Part shown: positions 12,901 to 23,005 of the stretch, in pieces
Numbering within the stretch: position 1 is the first letter of the stretch
Layout: the number at the start of each line of letters is the position of its first letter
Assembly (NCBI GenBank): GCA_965644495.1
Contig: CBFFSA010000010.1
Coordinates: 310,001-374,000 of the forward strand
Length of the DNA: 64,000 bases
Source of the DNA: Perkinsela sp. CCAP 1560/9
Taxonomy: Eukaryota; Protista; Euglenozoa: Kinetoplastea
Direction of reading: 5' to 3'
Translations under genes and position numbers: made by a program
Notes under the pieces: generated by a model
What the model saw: only the letters and a program-made list of their open reading frames with translations
Databases searched by the model: none
Told to the model about the DNA's origin: nothing

Positions 12901-13879
12901 TCGAAACCCTGGACAATCTATAGCCCACAGAAACACGGTACGACTTCATTCGTCATCAAAAAAGAGTTCAGAGAAAGCTGACTTCTGCGGAACACAAATT
13001 CACGTGTTGCGAGACCTGTGGAAAAAGCTTTATACTACGCATCGAATAGGCGACAAAAATAGTGTCTCACATTCATGTCTGCCTATGTTTTTGAACGCTT
13101 GCGGTTGTTCCTCTATTCGTGAGTGGTTTCTTTCGCTGGATCCGGAAGATTCTTTTTCTTCGTATACAGAGAACCGATGCACTCCATGTCGATGGTGGCA
13201 ACGACCTTCTTTGACATCGCACACTTCTGAGCTACGTGAAGATTCAATCGGAGCATCGTTAATCTTGAATTTAAATATCTTACGAGCGAATGCGACTCAC
13301 GAAAGAGTCCATCTGCGTGGAAATTTACACGCGCAGATAGCGCGCCTCTTTTGCGAAAAGTTATACAATTCTCATCTTTCTGAGAATTTCGACAGCGTGT
13401 CTTATCTTCGCGCTTCGACACAAATACACTTACAGCACGCTGTGCACTGTGCCAAAACAGAAGACATCCAAACATTACTGCTCGACATCTCACTGACCCG
13501 ATTTGCTTTCTTGCACATGGGCGCAAGCGATCGTGCGTCTAAAATCAATGAGAGCCGAGAAGAGCTCCGAATGATCGTAGCACACTTATTGCGCCAGACA
13601 GAAAGTGTCGGTAAGTGGCATTTTCTAGCCCGTTTGCGTAACGTTATATGGCAATGTACGGAGCTGAATCGAATAAGACAAGCTCGGCGTATCCAGGACC
13701 AAGGCACGATCCTTCCTCCTACTGTAGCTTTCCCAATATCTGCGTTTCTTTGTGACACTAACGGCTTCTCTAACTTGACAATGCACCAAGATGAGGAGGC
13801 TTGGTTGTTGTACGTGCAACAAGAATTGGCCACAGAGATGAATGACCACCTGTTACAGTCCTTTGCACGCCGCCTGTGA
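9956..13879 (+). CDS. Large protein, EDRF1-like N-terminal domain plus helical C-terminal region
   Basis: ~1300-codon ORF; ordered motifs FVCTAEDLTKL..VIHRAHSTLYL, VLWTMPELRLLV, LWLECNLC, LLLWLKRTC resemble EDRF1 blocks (from memory). Confidence 0.6.
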   Translation: MPHISPVKESGGPRFDEWSKVQEAYPNIDLVRVLEYFLRDRRFPPAQWSQIIKCIVRDIGGIRDSPFCPNRHRRLMERVLLQLTTEKLQADPFRKSLQVAQFFMDCLETMVQTCLQDTLEHHQGLGGTRIARKNYLSDITLEDRNSFSAHQIVSMREKSYRPTRRSKKKPQSRALKKARWYTLEIFVMFDITPLMEPACAMTDHFVSMLVIDHAIAGKETICRGLPQYNLEECSTSGNVSSCLLSSASSLTLVPTTQINMSPTLHDASDESSRSSFSHFFRNTCGAMPVPSNISYALVTSRRVTVDHKALNIADAMLSCKSSVQFVCTAEDLTKLVHQITSRNADSSFVIHRAHSTLYLHQSQTPISGLHSVVDTFENALKNKISFGDIFQSNVSASDSAEKASSFAYDKSLYQTSVHAEMTSSCEFNDAVLWTMPELRLLVSAPPCFLNGNGQRFLRKIYNERHSLPYTELWLECNLCRATGVAVTLWNYAGTTTEKILSAKELSEQSDKSYNISQMQQNVERLLLWLKRTCVQDVAYKLAYDSSEKSRRLVLFGLAHEGQHETKSGLQENIVNMCCLTEVILIHTAARLASIEQALTRTFEVNVEALISELEGLLNATVRLQKSAPHVIRIRLTRMEAQIHLLLSILEIEIFEKSTRSIESPYTSKTDSKIRPQEIVLKSENSHEKKSPFLVALLHLSDTCATLESFFQYCIQEIRSSISCQHTTGANLGSQEEFCLEALYTCQGVLQHCILQHCKLFLSTTTKDMELSTFVLDMARKARRCIERYAKISRSAFISILKFNQVLTDAILCIVRIRSESKDISVHFQSCLSFLSEGQQIIDTVLHTESIQILSAEHSKIICDLHTCVYASAATFYTRRHRFTKARETLTTALQIPTLDKDFLLILLSWVHGYAALHSTRQDEYLQHLNLAVRCEPPHPFLVLIYCAEHNKLTLADNEMESTLQALLKGITSLDLIERWISYRNPGQSIAHRNTVRLHSSSKKSSEKADFCGTQIHVLRDLWKKLYTTHRIGDKNSVSHSCLPMFLNACGCSSIREWFLSLDPEDSFSSYTENRCTPCRWWQRPSLTSHTSELREDSIGASLILNLNILRANATHERVHLRGNLHAQIARLFCEKLYNSHLSENFDSVSYLRASTQIHLQHAVHCAKTEDIQTLLLDISLTRFAFLHMGASDRASKINESREELRMIVAHLLRQTESVGKWHFLARLRNVIWQCTELNRIRQARRIQDQGTILPPTVAFPISAFLCDTNGFSNLTMHQDEEAWLLYVQQELATEMNDHLLQSFARRL

Positions 13880-14884
13880 ATTGTATATTTTGCCCACGTC
13901 CGTTTGCTTCTCACGTTTGTATCAAGTATCGTTCGGAATAGGCCGAGGTTTTCGGTGATATTTTATTTTCTTATAGGGGGTCTTGTATAACAAATCCATA
14001 AATGGAATCATGTCGAATAAAAAAGGTCGGTGTGGTAGCTGCCTCGTTAAAAAGTGGTGGTTGTTGGTAACCGGCAATCGCAAATTGCTTCCCACTAACG
14101 ACGCAGCGTATGGCTCAGGCCCGCTAACTCGGCCCCTCGCGATACCCCCGCCCTCCGGCTTCGCAAATATCTTCCCACTAACGACGTACTTATTTAAGAT
14201 ACTTTCGTGCGTACCTGAGTACCGTACTCGAGTGCGGTACTCGCGGTACACATCATTTTGAGTGCCGTACTCGCTTTAATATGAGGGTAAATTGAGATTT
14301 ATGTTCTACGAATAAATTTCCTGATGTAGTTTGTTGTTTATAGAAATGCTTTTCCATACACTTGTTCTGTCCGGTAATGAGTCTTGCTGCCTAATTCTTA
14401 CTCCATATTAGATCTTTGAATATTTCTTAAGACTCTTTAAACTCAAATACTATTTTTATATGCCACGAATCAAGCGGTGATGAAGAAAGTGACACGGATG
14501 AGTCAGTTGATATTCCAGACTATGAAGGTTGAGCATAGCGCGGTTTGTAACATACGTATTGCAAGTTCTACATCTATTCTACATCTACGTGTATATCGGA
14601 TAAAATTTACCGACCATCGGGGTTGTGTTTTTTCCTCAAATATAATTTTTTTTCAATTTTTTTTCAAAAGCATATTTCCAGTTCAATTTTTACCTGGGTT
14701 TTTTTTGAGATGCAACCTCCGAAGGGGGTGCATCCAGGCCAATCCAGGACCCGAATCCCGGCGGGACGATCCTGGAGGGCATTGCCGTAGCTGTCAATGC
14801 TGTCGGTTCTCCGCCTACCACACCTCGGAATGAAGAGCCGTCTTCAGTCTCGAGTATACCAGTGGGGCGTACGTCAAATTCGCT

Positions 14885-15420
14885 ATGTTCGGTCTCCGAC
14901 TCCAGCTCGAGGACAGACAATCATCACCGTCAAAGTGTCATCGAGTTGACTACATTTCTCCGCAACCTGACGAGACGCCACAAACCGCACTCTCGAGTGT
15001 GCGTACCGCTAAAGTACGCGGTGCCACCTTGCCCCAAGAATACGATTTATATACCATGTTCAAAACCCGCACCCCTCGTGGAAGCCTTCAACGCCTGCGT
15101 GTCAGTGGGAGGGCGTCATATGCGACACAGACCTGCTTGTGCTGAAGTGGAAATCCCTCTGGTTGTGGCACGGTCTGATAGTTTTCTCCGGCTCACTACA
15201 GTGGGGGTATTTCCCCCGTACTGTGGTTGATTGTTCGATTGGGGGACATGAGCTCACAGGACAACTTGCACTGAATTTACTTCCATCAAAATTGATGCAG
15301 CTCAACCTCAATGACAACGCCTTCAACGGGTCGTTGGAGCTAAGCCACCTCCCGGCACCATTTTGAAGGGTGCGTTGATTTCACGCTTTTGCCGCCTCAT
15401 ATGACTAAACTATGTCTTGT
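14885..15420 (+). pseudogene. Frameshifted, internally deleted duplicate of the LRR gene at 4204
   Basis: High DNA identity to ~4190-4690 and ~4860-4920. Confidence 0.9.
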
Positions 15421-15474
15421 AGCTACTATGACTAAACTTGTAGCTGTAAAATTATTAATAGTTTTTTGGTTTAA

Positions 15475-15830
15475 TAACCTAGGCTAAAGTGGACGAGGGA
15501 GATACTAAAGGCACATTTGGCAAACTCCCACAAAACTGGAACAGTATCTCCCGGTTTGTTAAGCATTCTGATGTGGCCCAAGAATCTTTAAATGGAGATG
15601 CTGTTCCAGTTTTGTGGTAGTTTGCTAAAGCTGCCTTTAGTGTCTCCCTCGTCTACTTTAGCCTGGGTTACATAGCCATCGAAACATGCTCCCAAGGACC
15701 TCTTACAGCTTCTCACGTGAGGAAGTCGTCGTGGCGGCGTCAAAAAGACAGAAGGTTCCGCCTTCTGCCTTTTAGGCTTGCGCCTCCTCCTTCCTCTACG
15801 GCCTTGCTTTTCACGCACTTCCAGTTGAAG
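15475..15830. repeat. Long hairpin (15475-15670) plus conserved flank; copy 1
   Basis: taacctaggctaaagtggacgagggagatac... pairs with ...gtgtctccctcgtctactttagcctgggtta; flank homologous to 49908-50062. Confidence 0.85.
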
Positions 15831-16419
15831 TTTGGCCTCCGTAGGTGTACCAACAACACATGGAGCAGAAGTATCGAATTAAGCCAAAGTGTATACAGGT
15901 ATTTCAGGCCCCAAACTCTGAAAAAACGGTCTAGGAGTTGATTTGGGAAAAACAATATTTTTTTACTTTCACCGATAAATTTCAGTTTTTTTCAAATTTT
16001 CAAAGATTGCTATGATCACCCTGGTGGGGAGGGGAGGGGCAGGGGGTACCTCTTGGAATTGTGGAAAAACTAGTGCTTTTGTCACTCAATTCGGTTCGTA
16101 CGCCTTTTGTAAACCATTGTTTCGAAAACTCACCTGAAACTACATGTGAGGGTCGCGGGTTCGGTGCGGGCTCGGCGCGGGTTGAAAAAAGTCCTCTGAA
16201 AGCATGCGAAAATAGTCGGAGCTGCAGACATTGAAGGAGAAAAATAGTTAGATTGAAGGAGAAATCATAATGTGCGACATACATAGTGTACATAATATAC
16301 GATAATAACAAAAATTTATAAGCCATAATATACGATATGACTACGTAGTTTACATTTCGCAATTCATGGAAAACGACTAAAATTATTCTTACTAAATTTT
16401 ATTTAGTTTTTGATCCATG

Positions 16420-17535
16420 CTATGGTTTCTTGGGAACATACATGTATCCCATATGGTATATGTGTTCTTTGAGCCAATCCCTCCGTTCATCAATCGGTTT
16501 GACTAAACCACACCCTTTGCTACACCAACAAAAAGATGAGTCATCGATATTTTGTAAATGTACATTTATTTCACTATCAAAGTCGCATTGCGGTTCTGAT
16601 GCAAGCAAACCATACACTGCAACAGATACAATCTGAACGGCATCCTTTACCCACGTAATATCGTGGTCCGTTCCATGAAAAAAACGAAATTTTTCGAAAC
16701 GAGCGAAACAACGCTCGCTTCTTGAACTAATCCAAGAATGCATGCGGTTGGATCCAATCCAAACAAATCCAAGGATGCGGTTGAACCGATCCTGGTGTTC
16801 ATCAAGGCAACCTTTGCGTGGTGTCTTGAATGGAACAAAACAGTGGTTGCAACCCACGTATCCTAGATCCGCCAAAAACATTTCATCTTCATGATGGTCA
16901 AAAAGAAATGTTCCGTGCATGGTTATTTCTTTATAAATTTTCGCATCATGTACACTGCCCGGAACGGGTCCGCGAAAAAAAATAAGGACTCCGGCAAGCG
17001 TAAGCCAGAACTCCACTTTAAAACAGTGTTCCCTGTGCCTGCCGGAGTAGGTCGCATCTTTTTTTCTCATTTCCTGAGAGGCTTCGTCCCATACGTCCCG
17101 CGGTTTCCTTGCACGACATGGGATTGTCGTGACGTCCATCATGCATGTCACGTCAGACATCCAAGATACCCCATGCTTGAAACGAAGTTTCGAATTCATT
17201 AAAGCAGGAGAGCGGCAAAGATCAGCGATGCGGCCAACGTCATCGCGGAGAGTCCTGATGGATAGAGGCGGAGTTTCGGGAGCAATCCACATGGGCTGTA
17301 AATCATACAGTTGCTCCCATGTGCAGTTCAAAGCGCACATAGCTAAGGAAGAGCTAAGACGTCTGAGATCATTGTCCGTGGCGACAAGAGGACTTGCTCT
17401 CTGTAGCTCAAGAAAAAAATCTGTGAGATGCTCTCTGGTAATGCCGTACATGATAGAATTGCAGGATAAAATATCGTCTAGAGAGAAAACAAAAAGTAAG
17501 ATGACATTCATGGGTAAGATACCTAACTTATTCAT
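16420..17535 (-). CDS. DDE_Tnp_4 (Harbinger/IS5-like) transposase
   Basis: MDVTTIP, YSGRH..H, GPVPGSVHD, FLADLGY, FNRIL..R..ERCFARF motifs. Confidence 0.85.
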   Translation of the reverse strand: MNKLGILPMNVILLFVFSLDDILSCNSIMYGITREHLTDFFLELQRASPLVATDNDLRRLSSSLAMCALNCTWEQLYDLQPMWIAPETPPLSIRTLRDDVGRIADLCRSPALMNSKLRFKHGVSWMSDVTCMMDVTTIPCRARKPRDVWDEASQEMRKKDATYSGRHREHCFKVEFWLTLAGVLIFFRGPVPGSVHDAKIYKEITMHGTFLFDHHEDEMFLADLGYVGCNHCFVPFKTPRKGCLDEHQDRFNRILGFVWIGSNRMHSWISSRSERCFARFEKFRFFHGTDHDITWVKDAVQIVSVAVYGLLASEPQCDFDSEINVHLQNIDDSSFCWCSKGCGLVKPIDERRDWLKEHIYHMGYMYVPKKP

Positions 17536-17787
17536 GATACATATAAGATGACGTTCATGGGTAAGATGTCTAACTTATTCATGATACAAGATGCATGACA
17601 TCTAAAAAAAGAATGATATATAAAGGTTAGCACTCCAAACTTCAAAAAAATCGAGCTTATCACTTCTCTTGAATTGCAGCTCTTTTTCTTTTACGTACAT
17701 TTTGCGGGGGAAACGTTCGCTTCTGCGAGGGAAAGCTAAAGGGAAGGAATGCGCATCACGCGAGAGGAATGTGGCTTCAAAGAGGCT

Positions 17788-18392
17788 TCACCAAGGTTGA
17801 GGGAGCGAGGAAGGTTGAGTGCGCAAGTTGGGTGAAGAGATCACCGTAGAAGAAAGGGATTCCTCTGCTAAGTTTTCTTTACGCTGGCCACTCTTCCGTT
17901 TGCGCCACAGAGTGCATGATCTGGAGCGCTTTCCTGAAACAGAAAGCCACACGTTCTCCACGAATTCCCCCACAACTCCTTCATGAGGAATGGCGTAGAG
18001 AGGGTTCTGTTCCAAGAAAGCTTCCAAACCACGCGTCGCCTCTGCAAGGAAGTAGACCCCTCGTGGCAGACAATCCAAGAGAAGGTGTCCTCGGCGCTCC
18101 ACAAGATGGAAGATGACACGCTGCAGCACTTGGGAGCTAACCTCCACGCCACACACAGAGCGTGTGGCATGTAAGTAGCTGTCCATCGTGCGCGATACGC
18201 GCCTCATGCATTTTTCCACCTTGGCTCCCAATTCCTCCTCAGTGATAACGAACGCTGGAGGGCGAAAGGAGTTTTGCGCTTCGTGAAGGTGCGCATAAGC
18301 GATGCGACAATGACGTCGTATACGTCATCCCTCGCAGATGTGACCTTCATACGTGAAGTGAAATCTTCGTTGCTCTCAACAGGGCTCATCAT
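17788..18392 (-). pseudogene. Accessory ORF of unknown function (frameshifted), inside the transposon
   Basis: ORFs 18204-18392 and 17788-18231; homolog at 54711-55156. Confidence 0.6.
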
Positions 18393-18800
18393 ATAAAAAG
18401 GAGGATAATGTAAAATAATTATGCATGTATTGTGGAGGGTTTATTAATTGTACATTTGATTTGTGTAATGCATACACCGTTCGTATACAGCACCGTATAC
18501 AGCGTACACCATATTTTCACAGTAAGGCGGCTATGTACGGTAACAAACTAAAAAAAACTACACTTTAAGCTACTTTATACGTGTCCAATCCATTTATTTG
18601 GTCTAAAATAGACCTCATTCGACCTCAAATGCAAAGGGCCGGTTCGGTGCGGGTTCGGTGATGCACACCCGCAGCCCCTCATGTATATCGGACACGAAAT
18701 CGCGCCACAAATCGGGCACGACGAATGAACCTACGGTAGCGAGAGAGTAGTATCCCCCGCAAAAATTTTGCATTTTTTGCCAGAAAATCGAGGTTATTCC

Positions 18801-18988
18801 CCCCAAAAAATAGATTATTCATGACCTTTTCGCGATTTTTCGTTTTTAGACTTCATTAAACGCGGTGGTTGTTTTCAACTTAGAAGTCACCACTGCTGCG
18901 CGCTTCGCGTTGAAAACTACCTCCGCGTTTAATGAAGAGCCTAAAAACGGATAATCGCGAAACGATCATGAGTAATCTATTTTTTGGG
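18801..18988. repeat. Long imperfect palindrome, family 2
   Basis: cttcattaaacgcgg..ttttcaac [~30-nt loop] gttgaaaa..ccgcgtttaatgaag core with extended arms; related copies at ~19165-19230, 46537-46633, ~3228-3260 and ~5555-5600. Confidence 0.8.
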
Positions 18989-19967
18989 TTAAAAAGCTGG
19001 ATTTTTCAGTGCAAATTGCGAAATTTCAACCCGAATTTGGGCCGTTTTTGATGCCTTGGCAGTAGGGGCAGGAGGCGAATCTGTCGAAAAAAATGTCGTA
19101 GAATGGTAGCTGAGGTCCAAAAATCTTAAAATGCGTTTTAGGAGTCGATTTTGGAAAAATATTATTTTCAACTTAGAAGTCACTCACTCTGCGCGCTTCG
19201 CGTTGAAAATTACCACCGCGTTTACCGAAGAGCCCCCAAAAAAAAGAAAATTTGGCCTGGAAAGCTGAAGAAAACGGAAAGATTATACTAGCCAGAAGGT
19301 AGCCAAAAGTAGCCTATTTTAGGGTAAAAGTGGGGTGATTTTTGCTCTCAGTGCACTAAATCTGACACCTGCGCGTGGGAAATCACTCGTAGGAATGAAT
19401 GAAAGCCTACCAAACGTATTGGGTACGACTCCAAACACCCTATTCTTTCGACACAAAAAGCCCCCTTGGGGCCCGAAAAATACTTTTTCACCTTTTTCAG
19501 TCAAAAAAATACCACGGCTCGAAGGTAGTAAGGGTCCTAAACTATCAAAATACATTAGGGGAAACGATTTTGGAAAACGTATCTTTTCCATTTTTTTCGC
19601 CAAGTGAAATTTTTTTCGATTTTTTTTCCGAAAAAATCCGAACTGGGCGGACCTGTCCTGCGGATAAGCTGGCGGGTCAACCCCGGGTAGGGGGGTGGAA
19701 AATGTGCGCCAAGACGCCGGCTACCGCTTCTGAGGGTTTTGTTCGAAAAATAATTGTTTCAAAAAACAATTCGTGCGGTATCCCCCCCTGCCCCCACCTC
19801 TGGACCCCCCTGGACTCACCCTGGACCCCCCTTTTTTTTCACTTTCTTTTCAGTTTTGGACCATCAATAGGGGGATAGTATTTCTTTACCGTATTTTCCG
19901 AATTTAGAAGTTAAAGAAACTGTAGTGATTACTCTACCTGTACGACACTTGTATTTCTGTTTATTAC

Positions 19968-20806
19968 ATGACATTTCTTTGTCAATTTCTCAGAAGATCT
20001 GCACTTGCGGATTCATCCCAGACTGCAACCCGTCTGGGCAAAGTACGAGGAGCCATCCTTTCACAAGACATGCAAATGGCACAATTTATTAAGAATCTGG
20101 AGGCAAAGTCAGTGATTACCAAGAAGGAAACACAACCATGCTTATGGGTGGGTGTCGCTTGTAATTCAGATGATGAAGTTCTTACTATCAATTGGCTGAA
20201 TAGAGCACTGAAGGGTAATCTCTCTTGGAGTAGCGTACCCCATACTGTTTGCGATCTTCGTGTGGGAGATAATGAACTTGGTGGACGTTTTCAGGTTTCT
20301 GCACTTCCTCCTAAGCTCACCTATTTAAACATCCAATACAACTCCTTTTACGGAGCCTTTGATACCGGCTGCTTACCACTTGTGTTTCAGGAACTTTGGT
20401 CAGCAGCTACGAGATTTTCCGGTGAACTTGATCTTACGTCACTTCCTCCTTCGTTAAAAGCGTTGTCTTTGCCCCGTAATTGTTTTTCAGGAAATGTTGT
20501 TTTGACGATACTCCCAGGAGGACTTATCAAGCTCTTCAAGGAAATCAATTCGTAGGGAACGTCGACTTAACAAATCTTCCGAATCAACTTGATATATTAT
20601 CCTTGTCGAAGAACAAGCTTGATGGTGAGTTGGAGCTTCGCAAACTTCCTAGCAAATTACGTACGCTCGCCCTGGGCGACAACGCATTTACGGGAAAAGT
20701 ATTGCTTGACGCATTGCCTTCAACTATGCATAATTTGGATTTAAGTGGAAATATATTTTTTTTGGATGTGCAATCAACATCAATTCCAGCGTGTGTCAAA
20801 ATATAG
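19968..20806 (+). pseudogene. LRR family gene with one frameshift near 20535
   Basis: GKVRGAIL, PCLWVGVAC cap, LRRs continue across ORFs 19968-20555 and 20480-20806. Confidence 0.8.
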
Positions 20807-21106
20807 AATTCATTATGGTATCTCGCAATTTTGTAGAAGTGGTAAAATATACTGTATGGTATTATACTGTATAGTATTATATTTTACTCTTACAAGAATT
20901 TGAACCTTTTAATTTTACTTCATTGTAAAATAGGGGGTATTACTGTAAAATAGGGGGGTTGGAAAATTAAGTAGGGTTTGATAGTGTGTAGTGGCAAGTT
21001 ACAGTTTTGTAGTTAAGTAGTCTCATTTCATCAGGTGATTAAGTAGTTACTCTGTAACTCGTAATACAAGAGCTTCACCTTTTTACTCTGTTCGTTCTTT
21101 ACGCCG

Positions 21107-21541
21107 ATGATTAGTGAAATGGGAATGACCGTTATGGATCAAAGTGCTTCTCCGCGCAATTGTATGCTGCTCACAGAACTAAACTTGGAGCTTGTGTACG
21201 TTTTAAACCACAATATTCCAAATACACACTGGGGTATAGAGTTCATAGTTGATTTTGCTCACGTCGCGGAACGCATAGCACTTCCATGTTCACCTTCGTT
21301 ACAATCTCCAGAAGAATTGAAAGCAGGGCGCCACGTGTTCCAGTGTTCGACCTCTCTCAGCGCCCTTACAAGCGTTTCCTCTCGACACTGGCAAAATTTG
21401 GCATTGCTTCGCGTCGTACTTTATGAGAAAAATTGCGAGGTTGGAGGTCATAATTTTGTATGTCGTGTTCGCATGAGCTCAAAAAGTAGTAGGGCTGCAT
21501 TTGCTGACAAACCAAATTGGGAACTATGTATCTTACCCTGA
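21107..21541 (+). CDS. Hypothetical protein, possibly a divergent ASF1-like beta-sandwich
   Basis: 144 aa; LELVY..HWGIEFIVD..AGRHVF pattern resembles ASF1 FEITF..LEWKIIYVG..AGRHMF. Confidence 0.35.
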   Translation: MISEMGMTVMDQSASPRNCMLLTELNLELVYVLNHNIPNTHWGIEFIVDFAHVAERIALPCSPSLQSPEELKAGRHVFQCSTSLSALTSVSSRHWQNLALLRVVLYEKNCEVGGHNFVCRVRMSSKSSRAAFADKPNWELCILP

Positions 21542-22335
21542 AACAGTTTGACTTGGAAACGTAAGTGTCTTGAGAGGATGTATATTCGCTGGAGTCTGCT
21601 CATGAACTATCGTATGAACATTCCTCCTGGAACTACATGTGCTTCTTCACACCGGGATGCACGTGAAGACGGCGGTGATCGAGACGACTCCCCGGTTCGT
21701 CTACATGGATGTGGGGAGCACGTTCGAGGCACAGCACCGAGTCCAACTTATGCCGCGTAATATTGGTTGCCTCTTGGGCGTCTTTCGTCGATGACCGCTA
21801 AATGTCCCTGATGAACAAAAATCTGCTCGCAAATGACGCAGAGGTGTGCTTTAACTCGGTTAATTTGGAGTCGTGCTACATCTAACTCATGTTCTGAATG
21901 ACTAGAGAAAGTTCGCAGCAAATTTTCGCGACAGCGATGATTCAACGAAGACAACTCCGGTTGTCTCGTTCCAACCGCTGATTCAAAGGAAGCAATTCAA
22001 TGAACATTGTACAATGAAAGCAAACAAAAATATTCCGAAACATTGTGGACCCACAATTTGAAATTTTAGTGGCTGGATGTTTCTGATGCACGCTTCCTAG
22101 TTTCTCTGGGATATCTCTGGATATTCAATTCCAAAGTAAGTAACCTTGACACATAAAGTTCGTGTCCAATCACGCGCAAATATCGAAAGCGGTGTTCCTT
22201 GTGTTCGATCATCTGTCCACTCCTTTTCAAGTATGTACAAGTGAAATCTAATTAACTTTGAAAGTACAATTTTTCAAGTATGTGCAATATGATTCATTTC
22301 CGAAAGTAGAAAAATCTTTGTAATACTTTTATTTT

Positions 22336-22638
22336 ATGCAACATGCAAATTTTGCGTACGAGAAGAAGGCCCTGCACGACCGTGTATTCAAATCTCAAGT
22401 GATCGAGGAGTTAGCATATTCGACAATCGACCAAACACATGGTCATGCTGCCATCGAGTCCGAACATCCATATGATGTAACTCGTAGTGATAAGAAGGAG
22501 CTCTCTGCTAGGTTAGACGACTTAAGGAACCAATATTTCAGATCTAGCAACACCTTAGTAACAGACCAGTTTGATAAACGCATAGCACTGATTGCGGATA
22601 AAGTGAACAAGAATCTAGTAGTACACCACAATGCGTAA
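22336..22638 (+). CDS. Small hypothetical protein
   Basis: ATG-initiated 100-aa ORF on the gene strand after a T-rich tract; no recognised motif. Confidence 0.45.
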   Translation: MQHANFAYEKKALHDRVFKSQVIEELAYSTIDQTHGHAAIESEHPYDVTRSDKKELSARLDDLRNQYFRSSNTLVTDQFDKRIALIADKVNKNLVVHHNA

Positions 22639-23005
22639 GACATACTGAACATTTACTTGAGTTCTGAATAACAGTTTTTCAGGAACCTGTGCAATTCATT
22701 TGGGGTCATGTGCGCATTTCCAAGTTGCATAGCACAGCTCGTTCCCTAGTGGAGGGTGCGAATCATTTGTAGTTAAGCAAAGGTTAATGTAGATTATGTG
22801 TAGCCAAATGTGCAAATAATCATACTGCGACCAATGAATGAATAACTCAACTATTAAATTTTTTAATAGTTATCCCGAACATTACTAAACTTTTGGTTTA
22901 AAAATATTTGCATACCGGTTGCTAACACAGTGAGAAGCAACCTACTGTATATGGAGTTAACCTAATTAGAGCAATAAATGAATAAAAGAACACAATTTTT
23001 ATTAC

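Larger units (their letters stand above)
16148..18680 (-). mobile_element. PIF/Harbinger (IS5-like) two-ORF DNA transposon with 4-bp TSD
   Basis: ATGT|gagggtcgcgggt ... acccgcagcccctc|ATGT; contains a DDE_Tnp_4-type ORF and a second ORF. Confidence 0.8.

Noticed and set aside
15475-15830. Fanzor/TnpB omega-RNA or HDV/hammerhead ribozyme reading of the hairpin cassette
   Set aside because: No RuvC/TnpB ORF was found in the window, and I could not fit the ribozyme core motifs.
17498-17590. ~47-bp tandem duplication at the transposase start
   Set aside because: Real, but most simply a local duplication; it only makes the start codon uncertain.
18852-18937. Integron attC sites flanking LRR 'cassettes'
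   Set aside because: RYYYAAC/GTTRRRY boxes are not properly matched and no tyrosine recombinase is seen.
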